From the NCBI GenBank assembly GCA_047495785.1, contig JBLDXI010000017.1, positions 1,178,001 to 1,242,000 of the forward strand: a DNA stretch of 64,000 bases, read 5' to 3'. The notes below the pieces were generated by a model that saw only the letters and a list, made by a program, of their open reading frames with translations, ran no database searches and was not told where the DNA came from. The position numbers and the translations under genes are program-made. This document shows positions 13,199 to 26,280 of this stretch, piece after piece (positions within the stretch are counted from its first letter, which is position 1; the number at the start of each line of letters is the position of its first letter). Origin of the DNA: Lepidodermella squamata. Taxonomy: Eukaryota; Animalia; Gastrotricha.

Positions 13199-15165
13199 AT
13201 GGCTTGGGAAGATTTGCCTGTTGCAGTATTGGAGGATATATTTTTGCGGCTACCTTTCAGATATCGCCTGTATGCGTCTTTGACATGTAAAAAATGGTTA
13301 GTAAATTTTTATGCGCTGATTTTGCTTTTATTGTCATTGGATTTCTTCACAGGCTAATAGTGTTCTATTCTAAGCGGCTCTGGGCTTACTTTGTTTTCAA
13401 GGACAAAGCATTTTGTCGCAGAAGACTCTTTATGAGAGAAGTTTGTCGAAGTAATTTTGTTTGGCGGTCTATTAATTTATATTCCATGCAAAGGGTCATC
13501 GCACAATCGAATATGAGCTAAACTATGGCGCACTACACTCCTGTTTAAGGTCAACTGCCTTTGCTGTCCGCCGCATAAGTGTTGAAGCGATGCAAGATTA
13601 TCACGCTCTGTACGAATTCATGGGCCTACTATCAAATATGTTGGAGTACGCAGCTCAGCCCGCCACGAAAAACTCACCAGCTGTCACTCTTATGCCATTG
13701 ATGCATTCTTTTCTGTTCACATTTGCATGCCGAGCTGCGGGAGATATCAGTAACCCTAGTACAGTTGTGATCGGAACCGGCGGTCGGCTCTTCCAGGGGT
13801 AAATTGATTAATTTGCCATAATTTTTGTCATAATAAGTTATAATTGATAGGTTGTTGCGATTACTAGGAAATATGCCGCCTTTACACTCGCTTGGTTTAC
13901 GTAACTTGCGATTGGAAAGAGGCGACGTTCTCCAGCTTTTACTACCGGTTGTTGGCAGTGTTGGCGAATGTTTAATTTGTCTAGAAGTAAGTAGTGTATT
14001 GAAAATTTTACGTCGATTTAACGCCGTTTTTTAGGTTGTTAATTGCGCTTCACAGCCTGGAACCACGATGTGGGATGTTCTCTCATTTCGCAGATTAAAT
14101 CATCTGGTGCTATCAGCCCAACACGTAACTGAACAATTCGTTCGAGCGCTGCTACCTTCATCACGTCAACTGGCCTGCCCAAAGCTATCGTATTTAACCG
14201 TCTCTTACGACGACGTAACAATGGTCGATTTAGAGCCAACGCTATCTGATGGAATGTTTGAGCTCGACGATGTGAGGCGATTAGCCGGCGAAGAATCTTG
14301 GCGGCTGTTGTCTGAAGCGCGGCCTAGTTTGAACATTTGCATCGAGTTACGACCTCGATTGAGACGATTCCCCTCGGCGTTACGGTCGTGTCTGCTGGCC
14401 GGTGCCAAAGTAGTTCATGTTTCAATAGCCGCGCCTCGGCTGAAACTCACCGGAGTCTCATTACCAGGCGGTGAACGGCCTTTACTTCGGCGATTGCAGC
14501 ATTTCGATGAAGACGATTTGCCAGATAGCATTTTCATTGAACCTCTGTTACCGAGATTGGTTTCTCTTCACCTCCACTATTTAGAGGCAGTGATTCAACC
14601 CGGCTTGCCCCGGGTTCATGGTCCTAGGGACTTTCTATCTCGATGCGATGCTGCTTTAGTTGCTACTGCCCTTTGTTGCAGGAGATTGAGGGTAATTTTT
14701 GAAGTGGATAATTATTTTATTTAATTGACTATTTTTTAGGTTATGGTAATTCGAGAGAGAGTTTCAACGATGGCTTTGTTGTTGTTTCTTGAATTTGCCG
14801 GTTCCAATTTCTGTAGTTTATTTGTTCGAAAAAACGCGGTTCTACGCCGCTCAACGTTTCCAGTCAACGCCTTGCTTGTTTCGCTATCTGAATGCTCGCC
14901 GTATCAGTCTGACAAGCGAGAAAACCAGCACCACCACGAGTACTTCTCGTACGCTGGCCTGCCTAACATACCCTCCCGGCAGCAAATTATCGCCGCAGTT
15001 TCACGCCTCGCCCCTATCGGCAAATCGCTAGATTTAACGCAGAAATGGATCGCGACAAAACTGCGCTATACTCACAGTGACTTTCAATTTCTTTCCGACA
15101 AAGCCTTCTGCAATCTATCTCCACGACTCGCTAATATGCACGGGTCGACGTTTGCTTACTCGTAA
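13199..15165 (+). CDS. F-box protein with degenerate LRR-like C-terminal region
   Basis: N-terminal WEDLPVAVLEDIFLRLPFRYRLYASLTCKKW matches the F-box consensus. Short introns (13297-13352, 13441-13493 and three more) join the ORF pieces; Leu-rich LxxLxL segments. Confidence 0.8.
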
Positions 15166-15411
15166 TTGCTGGCTATTTTTATACTCTTGAAAAAAACCGA
15201 CCATCTCTATTCATTTGTTTCGTGTGCCGTTCATTTTTCAATGCTCATTTTACCTATACTTTATTTCTCCTTTTTCATGGTGCTCCGAATCTCGACTGCT
15301 TGTATTTCAGTCCACGCCCCGTTTTACATCATTTCTAGTGATTTTACTCGCTATTTGACGACGAAGAAAATTCAATAAAATGAAAGAATTAAGATGAAAA
15401 AACGAGAATCT

Positions 15412-16972
15412 TTATCGAATATTGAGAACGCTGTCTCTTGATGCCGCTTCGTAGTCGAGAGCCAGCCGTTTACAGCGGTCTTCAAATTTCTTCCGCAAAT
15501 CCCTGGAAAATTTTGAATTGAAAAATGGAAAATTCGGAAAAGTGAAAAAAATTACTCCATCATTCGTTTTAAGCGGTCGATATCTTGCGAATAATCGCCG
15601 TGTAAAATTCGCATTTTCTCCTCGAAAAGTCGTCGAAGTTCGAGTAGGTTCCCCGCTGTTGGGTCGGGATTATTGAGAAAACTAGGCGGTAAATCCGAGT
15701 TGACCATTCGAATATTAACGCCGTCTAAGAAGATGATTCGCGTTTTTACAGCAAAAGCGTCTCGAAAATCGGAATTGCCGTTTTCTACACAGAAAGGATT
15801 ACCCTGTCATATTTAAAAAAAAATTATTCAGAAGAACGAAAATGACCGGGGAGAAATTACGTAAACTTCAAGCCGCCTTAAAACAGGTAATTTTGCGATA
15901 CTGCTGAGACACTCGGCCACAGATTTCAGCATGTTATGCGCCAAATTGAGGCGGACCAATCGAAGACACGCGATCAGGTGAGTTGTAGATTCCTTAGAAA
16001 AAAGATAGGTAAAGCGTGTCCCATGAGTATAGCAAGCAAAGAAAATACACGGGAAAGAGTCAAGAAACTCTGAAATGAGAGGCGAACAGGCAAAGAGAGG
16101 CTTGAAAAATCTCATTGCCAGAAAAATTTAGAAAAATCAAAAAATCATGGGAATAAAAATCAAGTATGCCACTTTTGTTAATGGGATTAAATAATTCCGG
16201 GGAAATTTGGTCCAACCGGGTAAAATACCGAAAATTACCGAACCAATTACCATCGGGGTTTTCCGGGTTTTTTCCGGGTAATTTTTTTATTTCTCGGTTA
16301 AATCGCGGATAAAAGATAAAATATTCTCTCGGTAGGTTAATTATTCAAAAAAATTACTTAAATTTCCTACAAGAAGTTGCGCAACTTCTGGGACATGCTG
16401 TAATTATCCATAGAAAATGTTACGTTATTTATTAACAATTTTATTGCGATGAAGATCGATGTGTTCGACTGAAGTTAGGTGCTGAATGCCATCCAATTTC
16501 GATATCTATAAAACCTTAATTTTACAAAATTCTCAGTGTAGACCTTCGTATTTAAAACCTGATTGTAGCTAAAATCAACGTGCTTCAACCTGATCATAGC
16601 TCCCAAATGTTGAACCGAATTCAAATCGCTGAAATGATTTGACGATAAATCGAGATGAATAAGGTTAGGGCAGACTTGGCCAATATCGCTCGGAATTGTT
16701 GTCAGCATATTGTGGGACAAATCAAGCCAAACTAGCCGATCCATTCGCGGCGCGCCGCTACACGTAAGCACGGCTATTCGATTGCAGGTGCAATTTATTG
16801 CGGCTAAATTCGGACTGCGAGCCGCTAGATCCGGGAAGTGAACCTCGACTGTATAACCCATTGATATATCGATGACGTCGGCTTTTTCGGCCGCGGTTGG
16901 GAAACTATTTTGCGCGCATTCGCAATCGGCACGGCGAACGATTCGCGAAATTTCAGGGTTCAAATCGGCCAT
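15412..16972 (-). CDS. SDS22-type leucine-rich repeat protein with LRRcap and coiled-coil tail
   Basis: LxxLDLSxN repeats (LVWLDLSHN, LIHLDLSSN, LVRLNLAHN), LEVY|GNPFC...RIIFLDG cap, charged helical C-terminus; about six exons. Confidence 0.8.
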
Positions 16973-17201
16973 GAAATTTATTTTTAAGGAGGAGCTTTTG
17001 CTAGTATGAACTCAACGCGCATCAGTGAATGGATTTTTCGAGATGAATGCTGCTAAGAAACCGCGTAAAATAAAAAGTATGCACCCGTAATAAATGCCAA
17101 ACTCATTTTATTCTCCCATCACAAGTTTGTTCGTCTCGTGAAATATATCTATATAAAAACGAAAAAAATCGGTCATACAAGTAAAGCGCACAAATTGAAT
17201 A

Positions 17202-20200
17202 TCATGGCTGGTTGTCCTGCAACAACATTTCGGCCGAAGTTGATGTCGCCGCCTTCTTCGCAGCGGCATCATTATCACCATTCTTCAAGCTAATTATTTG
17301 ATTATTATTATTAAGAATTTCATCGTTAGTCACTTCGTTATTATTTTTCGCTTGGTTATTATCAATTGCAGTTCCGTTTGCTTTTTTAACTTCGCCATCG
17401 TTGTTATTGTCATCGGCCTGGTTTAAAGTGGCCTGTTTCCGCTGGCGGTTGCGGTTGACAGGCTGGCTAGGAGATACGACGACAGCCCGAGTCGGCGAGG
17501 GTGATCGCCGATTGTTGTTATTTCGGCCGAGTAGCATGGCATCCTCGCCGGGCAACGGCCCACCGGTTCGCGGGGTCGTCACGCCTCGATTAGCCGCATT
17601 TCGAGGTGCGCCATTCCCAGTTCCGTGTCTTCTATGGCTCGACCGTTGCGTCCCAGTAGCGTGTTTCGGGGTCACAATGCCTCGCGGTGGCTGGCCGAGA
17701 GCGTTCATAGGTAACGCACCAGGAGGGTTGTAATTTCCGTTGGCATACGCGAGGTCATTCGGTGCGAAGTTGACATTATTATTGTTTGCATTGTTAAAAC
17801 TGTTGAGGCGACTCTGGCGCAGTTTGAGCCGGTACAAACACGGAACCATCGATAGGAAAGATTTTATTGACCCTCGTAATCGGTCGTCTGTGGCGCAATA
17901 AACTATCGCATTTTGTGCACTAAAAAAATAATAAAAAATATTAAAGTAATTGTTCGAAATATTTGCGACACCGAAATTAAGGTTCCAGCTTCAAAATTTC
18001 TAACGCTAAATTTTCCCAATTTTTGAAACTTATATTTAGCTTCCAAGACGGACTATTGAGAGAAATCACTGATTTGTATAATCGATTTCGAAAATCGATA
18101 TCGGATCTGAAAGCAGAACGTAAACTAAGTGTATAGTTCCAGGATCTATCGGTTAGGTGTGATATCTAATAAAAAGGCTTCTAATGAAGGCTTCAAACTC
18201 GAGAATCATGATTTGGAAAATTCTACTGATGGAGCGACGCAGTTAGGTTGCGCACATTTGAAATTTGAATTTTTTGAAAAATTAAATACCTGTTTGAAAA
18301 ACCGAGCATAGCGAATAGCTCTAGCAGTATATGTAGAGAAGAAGTTCTCGGGCCGATAGCCGCTGGATCGGCGTTGATCAGATACGTATAGACAATATAA
18401 TACGGTAGCCATGAGATCGGAAAAAGAACGGAAAGCGCGATCAGGGTTCGCCAAGCACGTTGCCGCCTTACAACAGAAATGCTACCACAAGCCGGTCGCA
18501 TGGCACTTGCTTGGATAGGATGGGTCCCAGCGAAGCCGTTGAGTTGAACAGCTGAGTTGGCCAATATCGGCGGACTGCTCGGGTTGCGAGCTAGGGGTGT
18601 CTGCTGCTGGACACCGCTTGGTTGTTGCTGAGTCAAAGTTTGCTGCTGAACTAAGGTCATCGTTGTATACGACTCGTTTGTTTGAGTATTGCGCGAAGCA
18701 GGAATTGCAGTTAACCGCGATACGATCCAGCCCAGGTAAATGTAAAGGCATAGCTGAACGAGAGCGGGTAGAGCGAAGTGAATGACTAGAAGTGACTGGT
18801 CGTAGGCGAGTTGAAGCGGAGTTGGCCATTCTTCACGACAAGATGACTCCTATAAGAAATAAAATCAGAAATTATTCATTTTCAGCGCGATGAAAAAATA
18901 TGAAGCTTCAAGATTATTCAAGTGATCATTGAAAGATAAGTGGTCAGAAAATTTCGTTAGCTTATAAAAAAACAGAAATTGGCTATAAAAATAGGTCAAA
19001 TTCCTTTTACTTGATTTTGTACTGGCGAATTTGTAGAAATTGAGTTAAAATTTCAAAATGAAGCCCCTGGACTCTGCCGGTTAATTCACATTTTATTTCA
19101 CCATCTCTCTAATGTCTAACTATCCAGTGTAATCGATAGATCCCCTACAGCATCCGGCGGAAGTCCTTCTCAAGTCGTACTTCCTATAATTATAAGCACT
19201 TATCGGAAACCATCTAAAACCAATCAATTTATTGAACTTCCTCAACTTAATGCGCTTCGCAATTGACGGACATTCAACAAATATAAAAGTAATCCGAAGT
19301 TCAAAAGTGACCACAAAAATATTCAATGAAAGGTTGGGAACTTCGAATTTTTGTATAGGAATCTTATCTCTTATTTTAAAGGAGAAGCTAAGGGGGAAAA
19401 CTTCAATTCCTCAGGTTCAGCTCTTCGGTCATAGGGAACTTTTCCGAGAGTCGCTAATAAAAGTTGAATTCTTTAAATTCCTGCTTAAAAACGGACAATT
19501 CATCAATGAATCATCAAATGAAGGCTGAATGCTGAAAATGACCACGCAAAAATTATCTTTCTTAAAATTTCGAGATGGCTAATCTTTTTTCTACATCCCT
19601 ACAAATATCGGAATCTAAGGAAAACAAACATCGGAAATATAAATGGCGGAAAAAAGCTTACCGGTGAGACACCCTCAGACAGCTGTTTGAGGAGCAGCTG
19701 GATGCTAGTTAAATTGGCCATCAATTTGATGTCACTAATATCCGGCGGTTCTTGAGCTGTTCTGAAGTAGAGCACCGGCGCCGCGACAATTATAGACAAC
19801 ACCCACGGCACAGATACGGTGACAATTTTCGCCGACCGGCTTTGCCCGCAGCAGAACCAGGAAGCTAACGAGCGCCGGCGCCGCCGGCTCGCCGAGCCGT
19901 CCTGGCTGTTGAAAAAATTGGCCGGCGCATTTGTCGGCGCCCGCGTTGCATTCATCTGCACGATGCACATCCGGTCAACGGATAGCGCAACCAGGGTATA
20001 CGCACTCGCACCTACAGACATGGCTATGCGGAGGAAAAATCGAATAATAAATATAAATAATCAGGTCAAATTACAGAATAACAATGAAAACTCACTCAAT
20101 AACGCCGGATGAATTTTGCAGACAATTATGTTGAACATGTAAGAATTGCCCGTCGAAAGGTTTTGTTGAACCACCCAGAGTGGCAATAAGACAACCGTAA

Positions 20201-20490
20201 CTGGCGAAAATTCGTAAAAATATTTGCAATTTCCACAAATTTAAAAAAATTACTGAGCAGATCAGCAACTGTCAAGTTAAGAGCTAAAAGGCCTGCGGTG
20301 GCTCGATATCGCCGCGAGCGGAAGACAGAAACAACGACGAGAACATTTGCAACGAGGGATAGTATAAAAATGATCGAAGCCAACACCAGGAGATAAGGTG
20401 CCTGTAAAAAATTAAAATTCGTTAAAAAATCAACCAAAAAATTTAAAATAATATACTCACAGATTGTGATTGATTGTTACTAGCTACCAT
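17202..20490 (-). CDS. Class A (rhodopsin-like) GPCR, neuropeptide-receptor-like
   Basis: Spliced TM1 (LVANV), TM2 NLTVADLL, C-K at top of TM3, SVDRM, TM4 W...P, ECL2 CREEW, TM5 FALP..Y, TM6 SWLP, TM7 SNSAQNAIVY; long Asn-rich C-tail. The start exon is uncertain. Confidence 0.85.
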
Positions 20491-22048
20491 AATTTTTCCT
20501 TAGTCACACTCTATCATGATGCCGAGTCGGGATTGCGTAAATTTTGCTTGTACCATAGTTTGTAGCGTAGTAAAAAATTTCTAATTAAACTATCGATTTT
20601 ATATACTTTACCGAGTAATAAATTTGTAAATGAGTAGACAGGTGGGTGAATTCGATGGAGAAAAGTAGCCCTGGCAAATACATTGCTTATAAAAGTAATA
20701 ATACAACGGGTACGCTGAGCCGGACCGGGGATTCGCGTAATAAGGCTTGATTACAGCTAGCAGCATTATTAGGTTATTAAAATTTTTTGCTAGACAAAAA
20801 AATACGCGCAATACGCAAAAGTTATACGAAAGGTACAAGGTGTGATTTAGTATAAAACGGCGCGGCAATGCATCTCTACGCAACGCGTGTATTAGCCATC
20901 GCTGATTGATTTAAAAAATCGCATATTGTTCGTACGCGAACGAATTTTTTTTTCGAAACAAAAATAGCATGCCAAAAACTGCCACACAATCATATAGCAA
21001 AAAATTCAATAATACATTTAGCTAGGCGGAAGGAATCTGGTGATTGTTTTTGCGAATATTTTTTTTTTCAAATGACAATACGATCAGCCAACGCCACGAA
21101 AAAGCAACATTATGAGCCCAGGGTATTTTCATACCTGGCATAAGAGCCTGCTAAAAATTGCCATAAATAATTCAGGCTAAGAGATTTTACTCGTGAGAAA
21201 AATTCCGCCTCATTTGATCGGTTAGATCATGAGCTAACTTGTGATAACGAAAAAATATGAATATAAATCTAGCTCAAGGGTACTAATATTAAAGGTCAAA
21301 TAAATCCCCATAAATTTATTGCCTAGTTGATGATTCGCGGTTAGAAAACTTGCCGCTATATAGGATATAGCAGAAAAACATGCAGGAAAAAATAATTTAT
21401 TAAATGACGAGTGGGTGAAAAGATCGCGAGAGTCATATATGGTGGCTGGATGGATATACTATTGTCATAATGCAGAGCAAAATGCGGCGCATAAAAGTCG
21501 AATAAAAAATCAATTTTTTGCCAATTCTTTTAGATTTTGTGTGGTGTGAAGACGAGCGCGCGTGGCCAGACAACTTGTTTTATGGAGTTGAGCGCGCAGG
21601 GTGCGCACATTTTAATACATTACTGCCAAAATAATATGTGCGGTGACAGAACACCAGGGCGCGATTTTTCCCACAGCAGCGCGCATCGCGCCAAGAGCGC
21701 ATACGCATGACAAGAAAAAGTTTATACATTTCTCATAAAGAAAAAAAAGAAAGTTGCTTTATTAAAAAAATCGCGCGCGAAATAGTCATAGCCATAGCGA
21801 ACTCTTGACGTGTTTTTTTTATTTAACGGGACTCTGATAAGAGGTAGCGAGTGATTACAATCATATCCTGAATAACACATTTTATGAGATTTTACTATAA
21901 TGCAAAACTGAATAACTCTCGCATACATGATAGAATTTCCCCCACTCAATTTTATGACCGACCTAATTTCATTGGAAAAAAATGAAGGGAATTTGAAAAT
22001 TAATGAAATTTTAAGCTGGACCTTTGAAAATGTGTAATATGCACTCAC

Positions 22049-22384
22049 CCATACGTCACCGGACCGTTGTTCATCGGCGGCATCCTCGGCAGCTAGGCGC
22101 ATTTTGAGCAAAAGTGCCAACGAGTAGGCCGCGTCTTCTTGTTGCGGCGGCCCTGGCTGTTGTTGGCCGTGCGGTTGCGCGTCCGCCATTAAATTCATCG
22201 TCGATGTTTCATCGCTGTAAAATTCATCGTCCTCGTCTTGAAGGCGGCGATCAACGGACGGCACTATGAATATGGCGCCGTCGCCCAGTTTATTATAGCG
22301 CGTCGTCTTGGCGCCAGCACTGCCCATGAGCGCGGTGGTTAAAAGCGTGAAAGCAGCAGCCGCTAAATTGTCGCCCATCTTCAT
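22049..22384 (-). CDS. Signal-peptide-bearing exon (prohormone-like precursor, or 5' exon of the GPCR)
   Basis: GC-rich 112-codon segment with hydrophobic N-terminus ending SAGA, an RR site, an acidic stretch, then a phase-0 GTGAGT donor at 22048. Downstream exon unresolved. Confidence 0.6.
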
Positions 22385-24475
22385 GATGTATAAATCAACG
22401 GCGTCAAGATAATATAGAAGGCAGCGCGAAGCAATTGAAATTCATGCCCATTATTTTTCAAATAGTTTTTTTTCTCCTAATACAAGTCAAAAGTCTCTGA
22501 ATAAAAAAAAATGGGAATTTGTATCAAAACGGAGTTTGTCTGTTGCCACTCAGCTATTTATCGCGATAGTATAGTGCGTATGTGTAATCAAAACAAAACT
22601 AATGATCGTGGCTATAAAGCGAATAGAAAAAGTGATTTCTGAAACGATGCTAAACCTATAGCAACCAAACCTAACCGGTCTGTCAGCGGGCGCGCAATGA
22701 CTTCCGGCTCGTTTGCGCCCGGCCGTTGTTTATAGCCGATTGGTCACGTTTCGCGCGCACCCGGGATCGCATTCCTAACCCGGGCAAACAATGAAAAAAT
22801 ATCGCAAGATATTTGCCTTATTCACCCATCTAATCATGTCTAGGGTATCACACTACTCGCCTTAAAAATACACGGGCCATATTCGTTAGACCGTCGCCTA
22901 AGAAATGTGCGCAGCGATGCGGAAAAGCGATCTGGAGACAACTTACTTTAACCTCAAACGATAAGTAAAACCCTAAGATTTTCTCCGTTGATTGATACAA
23001 CGGTCATCATCGGCTGTTGTATAAAAGTGCAGCCAAAAGTAAGTGAAGCGGCGCGATTTCTCGCCCTCTCGATAATTCGCATATATGCGAAGATGCCAGG
23101 TGAGAGAGTGGCAGGCAATGTTTTTGAAAGTAGCGGTAGAAATAACAGTAAAGACGCTCGCAATGATGAGCATCCGTCAGATGCGGCGCGGCGGTAATAA
23201 TAAAAAAGTGCACAATATTGCAAGGTGCACGTCTTGTTTTTCCTTACCGGCTACGGCTTCATGGTTTCCTCACCTGCAATAGTAACAATATAATGGCTCT
23301 GTGTGTTGCGCCCGCGGAATTCTTAAAATCGCCGCGGTGGTGCGCTGCGGAATAATGCGCGAGTGCGCGCGATTGTTTACCTTTCTGCTTAATAGTGTGC
23401 AAAGGTGCGGTGTTAAGACTTTTGACGCGGAAACCACTATTCGCGCCGCGGAAAAATTTAAAAATAGACGCGGAAAGTAGCGATGAATCCGCGGAATTAA
23501 ATCCATTAATCAGAATAACTTGGCGGCTGGTTTTTTTTGCAAAAATCATCCACTGACCACAGAACCACTTCGTCACGTTAGCTAAACGCGGCTGATAGCA
23601 AACCGCTAGCACCTAGCGACTGGTATTAAAGCTCTATAATGGGCTAACTTTTTCGCGCAATGTCGGCCAGATATGCCGTAAAAGGGATGTTCGCTATCGG
23701 TGCGCATGAACTGGGTGTTCGGCGGCTGCGTACCTATGGGACTCGAAATGAGTTTATACCGGACTGCGCACGAGGGTGGCTATAGTAACACCGAAACAAC
23801 CGCCCATTGCTAGCTCCTAGCACCTAATCGGGGTGGTTCGATAACCACTGAGACTGAGCCGAGCCATTTTACGACCCGTGTTACTCAGCTCTTTCCAAAC
23901 GCTGGACGCTATTCCCCCGCCGACCCATTACAACATGTAGCAGTCAATTTCTTGAAAAACCGCGTTCGAATGAACCCTCTCCGTGCGCAGTTGTCACATT
24001 TTTATTGCCCTTATTGCAGGTCTGCAAGGCGCTCGCTCTCAAAAGCGGTGTTAATCCGCTAATCCCTAATCCGCGTCTCAAGAGTTCCGCCCCTCTTCGC
24101 CGCCCTAGCCCTCTGTATTGCGCTGTTGACGTGACTCGCTACCTCAGGACACCGGGCTGTGTAAACAGCTTTGGTCAATTTTGCCGATTGTTGTCGATTT
24201 CGTTGAAGTTTTTCGAAAGTTTTTCGAAAGTTTTCACACGGCGCGCAACTTGGCGCAACTTGCAAAAACTTGTCAATATCATCCCACTGGCTGAATTCGC
24301 TCATTTTTACGGTACCAAGAGCAACGGATATCGCTAGCGGCGCTTTGGTGGTGAAGATGTTTTACCGCCTTCTTTACCTGCGTATTACCTGACTCAGCGG
24401 CAACGGGTCAAGTCGACCCGCCGGTCACCAGTCACCTGTTGGGTCAGGTCACCGGTCTGGTACTAGTCGTGAGAC

Positions 24476-24631
24476 CATGAGACGTACCAGGACGCCGAGG
24501 CTTGATAAAAGGGGCAAAAAACATCAGCTCGTGCCTCAAATCAATGCGACGAGCTCATGAATAATCCGTTTCGCTTTACACAGATTTTATTATAGGAGAT
24601 TCGAAGCCTCGGCGTCCTGGCACGTCTCATG
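24476..24631. mobile_element. MITE-like element / 28-bp inverted repeat
   Basis: 24476-24503 CATGAGACGTACCAGGACGCCGAGGCTT is the reverse complement of 24604-24631 with 1 mismatch; non-coding interior; no clear TSD. Confidence 0.5.
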
Positions 24632-26247
24632 TTCGCGGCCGGTCAGCCGCTGCCGATTGACCGGTTTTCAACCGAAATATGTCACAAAACTCAGAAATTT
24701 TATAAATCGCGTCTTTTGTTTACTATTAGCGTCTTTTGACCGCGCGCACTCACCGATTTCAGCGGGAAGCGATTAAATAAGCGCGGCGGATTAACATTTT
24801 GACCGCGCCTTCACAAATTCGCGGCGCGCGCACAAATTCCGCGTCATTTTACACATTTCAGCGTCGTGTTTACTTTGGGCGCAATATAATTGGGGCGATA
24901 TGAGGCGAAAGTAATACTATTATTGTGACTCATTTATTTATTCCACCTCAGTAAAATAAACTTACAGGGTGTCGGAAAACATTCCGACATCATAGATCAC
25001 CGGTAGAAACAGGGACTCATCGCATTGATAGCAGTGTCCTGATAAATAAGAAATTCCTCACGAAGATAGCTATGTTGCGGGGGAGATGAACTATATTACT
25101 GCGGTTGAAATTTCCACTCGAGCGATGAGGTCATTTTTTTTCTACGAAATTTCGTCGTTCAATCAATTCGACATGCGCAATTCTCGAAGATTGTCTGCTC
25201 TCTGAGCTGGTAGATCGTATAATGATAGAAATTATAAGTGCGATTCGATAAAACGCACTAGATGAAATCACTAAATCCAGGCGTGTGGCTCATTATTTAT
25301 CGTGCGAGTAAATTTATATAAAACATATCATCGCCCGGCTTTTTTTTTCGAATATTATCGCAAATTTTTATGGGTCGTTGTGATTTGAGCGGACAATAAC
25401 TGCGCAGACATTATGGGGAAAATTAACCGTATGTTATTATTTCCCACCCCTACTTGACGGTCAAAAAATTTTAATCTCATCGCCATGCTCTGTCTGAGAT
25501 AATAGAAAACTTTAAGTGTTATTTTTTTACGTCGTGGGACACTACAAAACTTGCTTAGACCGGATCGCTAATATTAGATTTCACGCGCTATAAAATTCGC
25601 CGCTCGGCCTCTCGATGCGCATTATCGCGATAAATCGAACTAGGGCGAAATCACACCCCTGGCGCTCTTACGCAGTTCCGATAACTCGCTTAAAAAATGG
25701 AATAAATAGCATTTATATAACAAAAAACCGGGCCATGGAAAATATATATTTCAGAGCCATAACTTCCGACAGGTTAATGACAGCTGTATAGCGACGTGGG
25801 ATTGCGATAAGAATATGGAGAAAATACGAGCTCAGGTAGGTTCGGAGGCCAAAAAAAGAGAAAAAGTCCTGAGACAAAAATCATACTGGTTGTTTATCTC
25901 GAAGAAATTATCTAATATATAGAAGCTAAAACGTGCAGGCACATCATTATTCATGTGGGAGTAAATGAGAAGTTCGCAGGGTCCTTTTTATCACTAATCA
26001 TGTGCCAACTCACGAATTGATATTTTTAACTTGCCTCTTATACTCTGAAGAGGAACTTGAAAGTTGTGCTTAATGAGGAATTTTAATGACATTTTCGACC
26101 GAGGTGCGATTCGAGGGTACAATGTCACAAGATATGTTGATATTCAAGTTAATCATCAAATTAACCCTTGATTGATCAAGTTCAGTAATTTGAAGCCAGC
26201 GATGATTCATTTTAATCTGATTTGAGTTACGATTAATTGAAACCCGG

Positions 26248-26280
26248 AAACTATATAAAACTATATAAAACTATATAAAA
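26248..26280. repeat. Short tandem repeat (AAACTATATA)x3
   Basis: Seen directly in the sequence. Confidence 0.7.

Noticed and set aside
19085-19200. Possible extra GPCR exon in ECL2
   Set aside because: Stops in all frames; the flanking exons already join in phase 0.
21722-22048. 3' half of the 220-aa ORF, including RVRYG resembling an RYamide/NPF ending
   Set aside because: AT-rich sequence beyond a strong donor; the Gly is followed by YDYF rather than a basic site or stop, so no amidated peptide is supported.
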